Source: Spirochaetia bacterium
GTDB taxonomy: Bacteria; Spirochaetota; Spirochaetia; DSM-2461
Direction of reading: 5' to 3'
Length of the DNA: 64,000 nt
Assembly (NCBI GenBank): GCA_963668315.1
Contig: OY764216.1
Span: 1,440,001-1,504,000, forward strand
Shown: one piece after another, positions 1 to 8,362 of the stretch
Numbering within the stretch: the stretch's first letter is position 1
How the letters are laid out: each line of letters opens with the position of its first letter
Notes under the pieces: generated by a model
The model's database searches: none
What the model saw: the letters and a program-made list of their open reading frames with translations, nothing else
Told to the model about the DNA's origin: nothing
Position numbers and translations under genes: made by a program

Positions 1-564
1 CCGATTGCCGGTACGCGCCGGAGGGGAAAAACAAGGGAGGAGGAGGAAGCCCTTATCGCGGACCTCCTTAACGATCCCAAGGAGCGGGCCGAGCATCTCA
101 TGCTGGTGGATCTGGCCCGGAACGATATAGGCCGATTCTGCGAGCACGGATCGGTAAAGCCCGTTTCCCTTTTCGACATAGAGAGGTTCAGCGCGGTGGT
201 CCATATGGTATCGACGGTGACGGGGCGCATCAAGAAGGGGACGACTCCCGGCGACATTATCCGGGCGACTTTTCCGGCCGGTACCGTATCGGGAGCCCCG
301 AAAATCAGGGCCATAGAAACGGTCGCCGCCCTGGAGAACCGGGCCCGGGGATTTTACGCCGGCCTGGTGGGGTACTTTGAGCCGGACGGCAGTTTTGATA
401 CGTGCATCACCATACGAAGCGCCCTCAAGCGTGGCAACAAACTGACACTGCAGGCAGGCGGCGGGATCGTCTTCGATTCCAAGGCGGAACGGGAATGGGA
501 AGAAACGGGTGAGAAAATCATGGCCCTGGCCCGGGCGGCCGGTCTGGAGGAGGCGCACAAATGA
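1..564 (+). CDS. trpE: Anthranilate synthase component I, C-terminal part (5' end outside window)
   Basis: Frame 1 is open from base 1: PIAGTRRRG...[18 protein letters not shown]...[14 protein letters not shown]...[10 protein letters not shown] (chorismate-binding motifs); upstream of trpG. Confidence 0.95.
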   Translation, partial: PIAGTRRRGKTREEEEALIADLLNDPKERAEHLMLVDLARNDIGRFCEHGSVKPVSLFDIERFSAVVHMVSTVTGRIKKGTTPGDIIRATFPAGTVSGAPKIRAIETVAALENRARGFYAGLVGYFEPDGSFDTCITIRSALKRGNKLTLQAGGGIVFDSKAEREWEETGEKIMALARAAGLEEAHK

Positions 565-2159
565 TAGTTCTGATTGATAATTACGATTCCTTTACCTATA
601 ACGTATTTCAGGTGATAAGCGACCTGACCGATGAAGAGGTCCGGGTTATCCGCAATGACGAGATTGACCTGGCCGGACTTAAGGAGCTGAATCCGGACAG
701 GCTGATTATCTCACCCGGTCCGGGACGCCCCGAGGAGGCGGGAGTCTCCCTGGAGGCTATCAGGGCTTTCGCCGGGAAGGTCCCCGTATTGGGGGTTTGT
801 CTGGGCCATCAGTCCATGGCGCAGGCCTTTGGAGGAAAGATCGTTCAGGCCCGGAGAATTGTCCACGGCAAGACCGAACCGGTGACCCATGATGCCCGGG
901 GTATCTTCCGGGGATTGACCCAGAATACCGCTTTTACCCGCTACCACTCTCTGGCGGTGGAAGAGGCTTCCCTGCCGGACTGCTTTGAAATCACCGCCCG
1001 GACGGAGGACGGGGAGATCATGGGGATTCGCCATAGGGAGTACGTGATGGAGGGGGTGCAGTTCCATCCCGAATCCATCGGCGCCCCGGAAGGCCGTCGG
1101 CTTCTGGCGAACTTCCTGCGCTATAAACGGGGGCCGATTCCCGGCAAGGAACTCCTGACAAAGCTGCTGGAGGGTAAGGATTTGACCACGGAAGAGGCGG
1201 CCGACTTTATGGATGAGCTTACCGAGGGGACTCTGAACGAAGCCTATACCGCTGCCGTTTTGACTGCCCTGAACGCCAAGGGCATCGCCCCGGAGGAAGT
1301 GGCCGGTTGCGCCGGGATTCTCAAGGCGAAAAAGAAGAAGGTCCATGTCGCCTGCGAGCCTATCGATATCGTGGGCACCGGCGGAGATGAGGTGGGAACC
1401 TTTAACATTTCCAGTTTTTCCGCCCTGATCGCCGCGGCCTGCGGGGTTCCCGTGGCCAAGCATGGTAACCGGGCTGTCTCCTCTAAAAGCGGGGCGGCGG
1501 ACTTTTACAAGGAGCTGGGAATCAACCTGAGTCTGAGTCCGGAACGAGCGGCGGAGCTGGTGGAGAAGGAGAACTTTGCTTTCCTCTTTGCCCCCCAGTT
1601 TCACGCGGCCATGAGATTCGCCGCGCCTGTAAGAAAGGCCATGGGCATCAAGACGATTATGAATCTGCTGGGACCGCTGGTGAATCCGGCGGAAACGCCC
1701 TTTCAGCTGGTCGGGGTGTACGATCCCAAGCTCTGTCCCATCATGGCCCGGGCGGCCCATATGCTGGGTGTGAAAAGGGTTATGACCGTAAACTCAAGCG
1801 AAGGGCTGGATGAGATGACCCTATCCGGTCCGAACCGGATTTTCTTTATCGACGAAGAGGGAAATGAGGAGGATTATTTCTTTGATCCCTGTGCCGAGGG
1901 GCTTCCAAAGGTGGAACTGGAGGAGATCCTGGGCGGAACGCCGGCGGAGAATGCCGAAAGGGCGAAGAGTCTGCTGGCGGGGAAGGGGGAGAACGGCATT
2001 AAAGCCACCTGCGCTCTGAACGCCGGAGCCGCTCTGTATGTGGCGGGCCATGCCGATTCCATTAAGGATGGTTATGACAAGGCCATGGCGGCTCTGAAGA
2101 GCGGTAAGGTTACGAAACAGCTGGATAAAATTGTAGCCATGTCCCAGGTGACCGCCTGA
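561..2159 (+). CDS. trpGD: Fused anthranilate synthase component II / anthranilate phosphoribosyltransferase
   Basis: [28 protein letters not shown] (GATase) followed by [23 protein letters not shown] (TrpD). Confidence 0.95.
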   Translation: MIVLIDNYDSFTYNVFQVISDLTDEEVRVIRNDEIDLAGLKELNPDRLIISPGPGRPEEAGVSLEAIRAFAGKVPVLGVCLGHQSMAQAFGGKIVQARRIVHGKTEPVTHDARGIFRGLTQNTAFTRYHSLAVEEASLPDCFEITARTEDGEIMGIRHREYVMEGVQFHPESIGAPEGRRLLANFLRYKRGPIPGKELLTKLLEGKDLTTEEAADFMDELTEGTLNEAYTAAVLTALNAKGIAPEEVAGCAGILKAKKKKVHVACEPIDIVGTGGDEVGTFNISSFSALIAAACGVPVAKHGNRAVSSKSGAADFYKELGINLSLSPERAAELVEKENFAFLFAPQFHAAMRFAAPVRKAMGIKTIMNLLGPLVNPAETPFQLVGVYDPKLCPIMARAAHMLGVKRVMTVNSSEGLDEMTLSGPNRIFFIDEEGNEEDYFFDPCAEGLPKVELEEILGGTPAENAERAKSLLAGKGENGIKATCALNAGAALYVAGHADSIKDGYDKAMAALKSGKVTKQLDKIVAMSQVTA

Positions 2160-3646
2160 TGGCCGAAGAGAAAGGAACAGCCGGCAAGAACCGACTGTCG
2201 GGAGAAACTATCCTGGACGAGATAGTCCGGGTGCGGCGGGAGCGGGTGAAGAGGCTGGGGGCCTGCGAAGGGGCGACGGTGCCGAAGGAGAGAATCGCGG
2301 CGGCACCTCTGCCCTTCGGGGCGGACCCCTTTCTGATCTGCGAAATCAAGCGGCGGTCTCCCTCCAAGGGAAATATCAACAACAGCCTGGATCCTTTGGA
2401 GCAGGCGAAGATTTACACGGAGCGGGGCGCCTCCCATATCAGCATTCTGACCGAGCCGGAATACTTCGGCGGTTCTTTGGATGACTTGATGGCCGTGAGG
2501 AAGGCCTTCCCCCGGGCTCGGATTTTGCGGAAGGATTTTCTTCTGACCTTGGAGGATGTGGAGGTTTCTTATCGGGCCGGGGCGGATGCGTTTCTGCTGA
2601 TTGCTTCGGTTCTGGACGGGGAAACGATTAGGGAGATGTACGAGTACGGTGTCTCCCTGGGGATGACCCCCCTGGTGGAGCTGCACTCCCCGGAGGAAGC
2701 GGCTAAAGTACGGCCCTTCGCCCCGACACTGACCGGTGTGAACTGCCGGGACCTGAAGACCTTTACCATTGATCCCCTGGGGCCGGTGAAACTGAAGAAC
2801 CATATTGACTGGGATTGCCAGGTTGTCTACGAGTCGGGGATCAAGTCGGTGAAGGACGCCCGGTTCGCCCTGGGCTGCGGACTGGATGGGCTGCTGGTAG
2901 GGGAGGGCGTCGTCAGGGATAAGGAACTGGCCGCCGGTCTGATCGGGGAGTTCCGGGATCGGGACCAGCATGCCGGAACTTTTGCTTTCTGGCGGAAACT
3001 GTACGGCCGGTACGATTACGGCCGGCCCCTGGTGAAGATCTGCGGGATTACCCGGACTGAGGATGCCCGGGAGGCGGTGAGGCTGGGGGCCGATGCGCTG
3101 GGATTTATCCTGGCCGAGTCGCCCCGGAAGATCGATCCGGCGAAACTGGAGAAGTTCCGGGAGTTCGATGTGCCCCGCATCGGGGTGGTTATTTTGTCGG
3201 AGGAGCCGGCTGAAAAGGCACGGCAGGAAGGCGAATTAAGAGAACTGCTGGCGAAAGGCCTGTTGGACGGCGTACAATTTCATGGGAAGGAACCGGCGGA
3301 GACGGTGGAGGCTTTTCCCGGATACAAGGCTTTGAATGTGAAATCCGCCGAGGATCTGGTATTGAGAGAGGCCTACCGGCCGAGGCCCGTACTGACCGAT
3401 GCGTTTCATAGGGACAGGTCGGGAGTGGGTAACAAGGTGCTGGACCCGGAGCTGATCGAACAGGCAAAGAGACAGGGAAACCTGTGGCTGGCCGGCGGGC
3501 TGAGTCCGGATAATCTGGAAGGGATTCTGCGGACCTATCAGCCGGAGCTGATTGATATGGCCAGCGGGGTGGAAGAGTCCCCCGGAGTGAAGAGTTTCGA
3601 GAAGCTGGCCCGCGTGTTTGAGATAGTCAACGCGGTAGAGCGGTAG
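2159..3646 (+). CDS. trpCF: Fused indole-3-glycerol phosphate synthase / phosphoribosylanthranilate isomerase
   Basis: ICEIKRRSPSKG, LRKDF, GVNCRDLKTF (TrpC) then VKICGIT, QFHG, LAGGLSPDN, DMASGVEESPGVK (TrpF). Confidence 0.93.
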   Translation: MAEEKGTAGKNRLSGETILDEIVRVRRERVKRLGACEGATVPKERIAAAPLPFGADPFLICEIKRRSPSKGNINNSLDPLEQAKIYTERGASHISILTEPEYFGGSLDDLMAVRKAFPRARILRKDFLLTLEDVEVSYRAGADAFLLIASVLDGETIREMYEYGVSLGMTPLVELHSPEEAAKVRPFAPTLTGVNCRDLKTFTIDPLGPVKLKNHIDWDCQVVYESGIKSVKDARFALGCGLDGLLVGEGVVRDKELAAGLIGEFRDRDQHAGTFAFWRKLYGRYDYGRPLVKICGITRTEDAREAVRLGADALGFILAESPRKIDPAKLEKFREFDVPRIGVVILSEEPAEKARQEGELRELLAKGLLDGVQFHGKEPAETVEAFPGYKALNVKSAEDLVLREAYRPRPVLTDAFHRDRSGVGNKVLDPELIEQAKRQGNLWLAGGLSPDNLEGILRTYQPELIDMASGVEESPGVKSFEKLARVFEIVNAVER

Positions 3647-3655
3647 GGATTCCGT

Positions 3656-3855
3656 TAGGCTTGGGCACTTGGCCCCAAAAGGAACAGCGAAGCTATAGCG
3701 TTTTGCCCCGGCATTTAGCCCTAAAAGCCTACCCGGAGCGAAGCGGTAGGGATAGAAGGGGAGCCCGAGGTGGGACACCGAGGAGCTGACCCCGCAGGAA
3801 TGAAATGACGAGGAGGCCGAAGCCCCGGATAGCCCGGGCCGGAGGCACCGCCCAG
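3656..3855. repeat. Highly structured intergenic element (REP/MITE-like) between trpCF and trpB
   Basis: Nested inverted repeats (taggcttgggc/gccctaaaagccta; cctacc/ggtagg) plus GCGAAGC and GGGATAG...GGATAGCCCG motifs in a 226-bp gap inside an otherwise overlapping operon. Confidence 0.4.
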
Positions 3856-3872
3856 ATAATGAGGAGATTGAT

Positions 3873-5099
3873 GTGGACAGAGCAGGATTTTTTGGAGAAT
3901 TCGGGGGGCGGTATGTGGCGGAAGTGCTGCGGAGGCCCCTTGAGGAGCTGGAAGAGGGTTTTGCCGAGGCGATGGGTGATGAGGCGTTTCGGGCGGAACT
4001 GGCCGAGCTTCAGAGGGATTATATCGGGAGGCCCACTCCGCTTTTGCATGCGAAGAATGCATCGGCCGAGCTGGGGGGCGCCGAGATTTATGTGAAGCTG
4101 GAGGGGCTGGCCAATACGGGGGCCCATAAGATTAATAATGCCATGGGGCAGGCGCTGCTGGCGAAGAGGCTGGGAAAGACCCGGATTATCGCCGAGACGG
4201 GAGCCGGTCAGCATGGGGTGGCCACGGCGGCGGTGTGCGCCCGGCTGGGGCTGGAGTGCGTGGTTTATATGGGCGAGGAGGATATCGCCCGGCAGCGGCC
4301 CAATGTGTACTGGATGGAGCTGTACGGGGCGAAGGTCGTGCCCGTGTGTTCCGGGAGCCGGACGCTGAAGGACGCGGTGAATGAGGCTTTGCGCGACTGG
4401 GCGTCGACTTTTCCGAACACCCACTACTTGCTGGGGTCCGCTCTGGGACCGGCGCCTTTTCCCGATATGGTGCGGGAGTTTCAGTCGGTGATCGGCCGGG
4501 AGGTGGACAGCGCTCTGAGCGAGCGGGATGTCAGGGCGGACGCTCTGGTGGCCTGCGTGGGGGGCGGTTCCAACGCGATCGGTTTTTTTGCCCCCTTTCT
4601 AGAGCGGGAGACGCCCCGGCTGATCGGGGTGGAAGCGGGAGGCCGCGGGCCCGGCGAGGGGAATAACGCGGTGCGCATGACCGACGTGGGCAAGACGGGG
4701 ATCGCCCAGGGGTACAAGAGCCGGTTCCTCTTGGACGGGGACGGGCAGCTTTTGCATACCCATTCGGTCTCCGCCGGGCTGGATTACCCGGGGATCGGGC
4801 CGCAGCTGGCCCATCTGGGCATGTCCGGGCGGCTGGAGTTCCGGTCGGCTCTGGATGAGGAGGCTTTGCAGGCTCTGAAGTTTTTCGCCCGGACCGAGGG
4901 GGTGATTTTCGCCCTGGAATCGGCCCATGCGGGGGCCGAGGCGATGAAACTGGCCAAGGAGCTGGGGCCGGGGAAGGTCCTGGTGGTGAATATGTCCGGC
5001 CGGGGGGATAAGGATATCTTTATTTCGGCCCCCCATCTGGGCGGGGAGAGCTGGGTGAGCTTTCTCGCCGAGGAGACGGCGCGCCTGGCGAAGGGGTGA
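3873..5099 (+). CDS. trpB: Tryptophan synthase beta chain
   Basis: GEFGGRYV, TGAHKINN (PLP lysine), AETGAGQHG, CVGGGSNAIG, SAGLDYPGIGP, NMSGRGDKD; GTG start after GAGGAG. Confidence 0.97.
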   Translation: MDRAGFFGEFGGRYVAEVLRRPLEELEEGFAEAMGDEAFRAELAELQRDYIGRPTPLLHAKNASAELGGAEIYVKLEGLANTGAHKINNAMGQALLAKRLGKTRIIAETGAGQHGVATAAVCARLGLECVVYMGEEDIARQRPNVYWMELYGAKVVPVCSGSRTLKDAVNEALRDWASTFPNTHYLLGSALGPAPFPDMVREFQSVIGREVDSALSERDVRADALVACVGGGSNAIGFFAPFLERETPRLIGVEAGGRGPGEGNNAVRMTDVGKTGIAQGYKSRFLLDGDGQLLHTHSVSAGLDYPGIGPQLAHLGMSGRLEFRSALDEEALQALKFFARTEGVIFALESAHAGAEAMKLAKELGPGKVLVVNMSGRGDKDIFISAPHLGGESWVSFLAEETARLAKG

Positions 5100-5102
5100 T
5101 CC

Positions 5103-5501
5103 CTAGCTGCCGGTTGTGAAGGTGATCGTTGTATTCTCCGGGATGAGTTCTCCTGCCTGGCTTCCCATGGTCTGGGGTGTCCCGGTGGGGTTCATAGTAT
5201 AGGAGTACTCGGTGTTATTACTCAGCGCCCCTCCCAGGGTTATGGTCAGCGTTTTATAGTCGCTTGACCAGCTTTCCCCATCATCAAAGTCGTCAAGAGC
5301 AGTGTTGTATTCGATATTGATGTTTCCATTCATGGTTTCAGAGAATGTTATGGTCAGGACGCCGTTAGCTGAGGCATTGGTTTCCCCGTTTGCAGGGGAA
5401 GAGATCCAGGACAAACCGCTGTCTGCGGTATCGGATCCGTTATTGCAGCCGATGAAAAATAAAAAAAAGAAAAGGCCAGACGTGTAAAGAAGCTTTCTCA
5501 T
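5103..5501 (-). CDS. Lipoprotein with Ig-like (SbsA/Big_5-type) domain
   Basis: GGAGGA RBS, signal MRKLLYTSGLFFFLFFIGC, SPANGET...TITFSETM...TLTIT...L.NNTEY...FTTG pattern. Confidence 0.75.
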   Translation of the reverse strand: MRKLLYTSGLFFFLFFIGCNNGSDTADSGLSWISSPANGETNASANGVLTITFSETMNGNINIEYNTALDDFDDGESWSSDYKTLTITLGGALSNNTEYSYTMNPTGTPQTMGSQAGELIPENTTITFTTGS

Positions 5502-5647
5502 AAAAAAATATCCTCCCACGGAGTACTGAATGTATTACTGGTAATATATCTCTGGAAATAAGAATACGCATGTTTTTTATTTGTTTATTTTGTGTTTAAT
5601 TATGGGGGATGGTTTCCTCAAAGGGGGCAAGTCTTCCCTTGTTTCTA

Positions 5648-5677
5648 TTGACAAGAACAACGGGGAGAGTGTATGTT
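5648..5677 (+). promoter_or_regulatory. Putative sigma70 promoter for trpA
   Basis: TTGACA-18-TATGTT about 40 nt upstream of the trpA start. Confidence 0.5.
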
Positions 5678-5714
5678 TCTCTGTATAGAATCGTTTATTC
5701 CGAAGGAGTGTTCC

Positions 5715-6455
5715 ATGGCCGATACATTAATGACCCATTTCATCGCGGGCTATCCCACGGTGGAGGAATCACTGAAGGTGGGGAAGGCCCTGATGGCCGG
5801 GGGGGCGTCCTACCTGGAGATGCAGATTCCCTACTCCGACCCCACGGCGGACGGTCCGGTTATCGCCGCCGCCTGCGACAAGGCCCTGGCTAACGGGTTC
5901 CGGGTGGACCGGGCCTTTGAGCTGTGCCGGGAGCTGACTTCCGTCGAAGGGGCGGTTCCCCTGTTTCTGATGAGCTACGGAGGCATTGTCTACAACGCCG
6001 GAGTGGAGGCTTTTGCCGCCCGGGCGAGGGAGGCGGGAGCGTCGGGGCTGATTATTCCCGACCTGGCTCCGGGGAGCGATGAGGGGCTGGCCGAAGCCTG
6101 CCGGAAGGAGGGGCTTTTCTGCGTGCCCGTGCTGATCCCCGGCGTGGAAGAGAGCCGGATAGAGGAAGTGATGGCCGACAGGCCCGAGTGGGTTTACCTG
6201 GCATTGCGCCGGGGAATTACGGGGACTATGACGGAGCTGGGCGAGGAGAACCTGGCCACCCTGGACAAGCTGAAGAAGCGGGGCGTGATGATTATGGCCG
6301 GATTCGGCATACAGGCGCGGAGCCAGGTGGAAGCGGTGGCGCCCCACGCGGATGCGGTGATTGTGGGGAGCCAGGTGGTGCGCACGATCAATGAGTGCCC
6401 CCCGGGGGACTACGGGGCGGTCTCCGATTTTGTCAGGGAGCTTATGGGGCGATAG
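5715..6455 (+). CDS. trpA: Tryptophan synthase alpha chain
   Basis: HFIAGYP, LEMQIPYSDPTADGPVI, LMSY, GLIIPDL, GITG, GFGI, DAVIVGS; AAGGAG RBS before ATG 5715. Confidence 0.95.
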   Translation: MADTLMTHFIAGYPTVEESLKVGKALMAGGASYLEMQIPYSDPTADGPVIAAACDKALANGFRVDRAFELCRELTSVEGAVPLFLMSYGGIVYNAGVEAFAARAREAGASGLIIPDLAPGSDEGLAEACRKEGLFCVPVLIPGVEESRIEEVMADRPEWVYLALRRGITGTMTELGEENLATLDKLKKRGVMIMAGFGIQARSQVEAVAPHADAVIVGSQVVRTINECPPGDYGAVSDFVRELMGR

Positions 6456-7245
6456 GCATCTGCAGTTCGGTTAGGTATTTTCGGGGATTCCCCGGGAAGA
6501 TCATCCCCGGGCCTTTCAGGTAAATCTCCCGGTAGGGGCCGGCCTGGGAAAGGCCCATCTCTTCCCGCCGGTCCATAAGCAGGCGGTAGGAATCGCCGAT
6601 CCTTTCGTAGGGGCCCCTATGGATTACGGAGAGTACCCTCGCTGCGGGCAGTTCACGGTACTCCGTATCGGGGGAGGTGATTTTTCTTCTTACCGGCAGA
6701 CATACGGTGACTTCCGGATCGTCCAGGTCCAAATCTTCCTTGTATAAATTGAACACTTTGCCCGAGGCGCTTCCCCGGGCCGTTTTGAAGAGGCGGCCCA
6801 TGTATTTTCCGCACTCCTCAAAAGCTCCTTTATAAGTAACGCAGATGATTTTCATCGCTTCTATCTCTTTCATGGTTATATCCCGGTTTTTTTCCATTTT
6901 CTGTGATTCCTCTTCGTTTTTCAAAAGAAGGGTGAGATCCTTTTCTATATGGGACAGTTTCTCCATTTTAGACCTGATCTCCTCCCGCTTGCGGGCGATA
7001 ATCGGTATCAACTCCCGGTCCTCTTCGTATTCGTCCAGTATTTCCTTTATCTCCTTAAGGGAGAAGTCCCAGGCTCTGAGCCGCCCGATGATCCGCGTTC
7101 TCTCTATGAGGGACTCGTCGTAATAGCGGTAGCCCGTGAAGGGATCGATCCTGCTGGGTTCCAGAAGTCCCGCTTCTTGGTAATTCCTGAGTACTTTGAC
7201 GGAAAATCGTGTAATGAGGGCGAAGTCGCCGATTCGGTATTCCAT
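6442..7245 (-). CDS. MerR-family regulator with GyrI-like effector domain (BmrR-like)
   Basis: YRIGDFA...LRNYQEAGLLEPSRIDPFTGYRYY HTH; C-terminal HRGPYERIG...REIYLKGP...TELQMPI. Confidence 0.9.
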   Translation of the reverse strand: MEYRIGDFALITRFSVKVLRNYQEAGLLEPSRIDPFTGYRYYDESLIERTRIIGRLRAWDFSLKEIKEILDEYEEDRELIPIIARKREEIRSKMEKLSHIEKDLTLLLKNEEESQKMEKNRDITMKEIEAMKIICVTYKGAFEECGKYMGRLFKTARGSASGKVFNLYKEDLDLDDPEVTVCLPVRRKITSPDTEYRELPAARVLSVIHRGPYERIGDSYRLLMDRREEMGLSQAGPYREIYLKGPGMIFPGNPRKYLTELQMPIAP

Positions 7246-7264
7246 TGAATTGCTCCTTTTCCGG

Positions 7265-8299
7265 TCAGGGCCGGAGAAAATTCTCTACCAGCTTTCTGAA
7301 GGCATTTGGTTCTTCCATATAGGGGAAGTGAGTGGAATCTCCCAGTTCATTATACACCCCCCGGGGAAATAGTTCGGCGTATTCCCGGGACGTTTCCGGT
7401 CCGTAGAGATCTTTTGCCCCGTGAATGACAAGCACGGGGCAGGTTACCTTTTTTAGCTCTTCCCGGTAATCGTATTTTCTCCCCAGGCTGAAGAAGGGGG
7501 CATGTCCGGCGAAACCGCCCGGAACAGCCGCCCCGTCTGTTTCCGGATCAATAACGCTGCCGGGGTAACGGTTTTCCAGGGCGGCGAAATAAAAATCACC
7601 GTACTTTCCGTTAAGAGCGGAAAGCTCCTCCTCGGTCCGCTTAAAGAATTTTCCGTAGTTGAAGTAGTCGCCGATGAAGGCTTTATACTCCTTTTTTTGA
7701 GTGGGGGACAGCCAATTCGCTATTTGATTCATTCCGCCGTGGCTGTTGGGCAGGGCGAGCATGTCCGCCGGTTCCACCAGTATCATCTTTTCCACCCGGC
7801 CGGGAAATTCCAGGGCATACAGGGCGGCCAGAAAACCGCCGAATGAGTGGCCGATGATAATGATTTTCTCCTCTCCCAGCAGGCATCGGATCCTCTCGAT
7901 ATCTTCGAGCTGCCGCGAAAGTCCCAGCTTCTCCTCGAGGAGGGCCGCGTTTTCCGGCCAGGGGGAAGAGGGAAATTCCCGGAAGGGAATAGTGGATTTT
8001 CCGCATCCCCTCTGGTGGTAGTAATGAAACCGAAATCCTGCTATATCTTCCAGGCCGGGCCATGGCGACTCAAAGGGCACGGCCGGGCCGCCGTGTATCA
8101 CGAGAACATTACGGCCCTCTCCCCGGGAGAAATGATAAAGTTCCGTTTCATCGTCCATTTTCCAGTAATCCCGGGCCGCTCCGCTCTGGTCGGGTATCCC
8201 GGGGACGAGTGATCCTGCTAAGACGCCCGGTTTGTATGCTGCTTTTCTGCCGCAGGAAAGCAGCAAGAGAAGAGGGATAAGAATAAGACATTTTTTCAT
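7265..8299 (-). CDS. Lipoprotein alpha/beta hydrolase (proline iminopeptidase-like)
   Basis: LLLLSC lipobox, HGGP, HQRGCGKS, GHSFGG nucleophile elbow, HGAKD, THFP. Confidence 0.85.
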   Translation of the reverse strand: MKKCLILIPLLLLLSCGRKAAYKPGVLAGSLVPGIPDQSGAARDYWKMDDETELYHFSRGEGRNVLVIHGGPAVPFESPWPGLEDIAGFRFHYYHQRGCGKSTIPFREFPSSPWPENAALLEEKLGLSRQLEDIERIRCLLGEEKIIIIGHSFGGFLAALYALEFPGRVEKMILVEPADMLALPNSHGGMNQIANWLSPTQKKEYKAFIGDYFNYGKFFKRTEEELSALNGKYGDFYFAALENRYPGSVIDPETDGAAVPGGFAGHAPFFSLGRKYDYREELKKVTCPVLVIHGAKDLYGPETSREYAELFPRGVYNELGDSTHFPYMEEPNAFRKLVENFLRP

Positions 8300-8331
8300 G
8301 GAAATCCTCCGTTTCGTCTGGTCTATAACGA

Positions 8332-8362
8332 AGGATCAACCCTCCCCTCGGGGGAGAGTCAA
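8332..8362 (-). promoter_or_regulatory. MerR-type promoter/operator
   Basis: TTGACT-19-GATCCT with dyad CTCCCC-cga-GGGGAG in the spacer. Confidence 0.75.

Noticed and set aside
3647..3872. Trp attenuator or T-box before trpB
   Set aside because: No Trp-codon leader peptide, T-box consensus or U-tailed terminator seen
1..6455. Horizontal acquisition of the G-rich trp cluster
   Set aside because: Composition looks G/C-richer by eye, but no mobility genes or boundaries are seen and it cannot be quantified here
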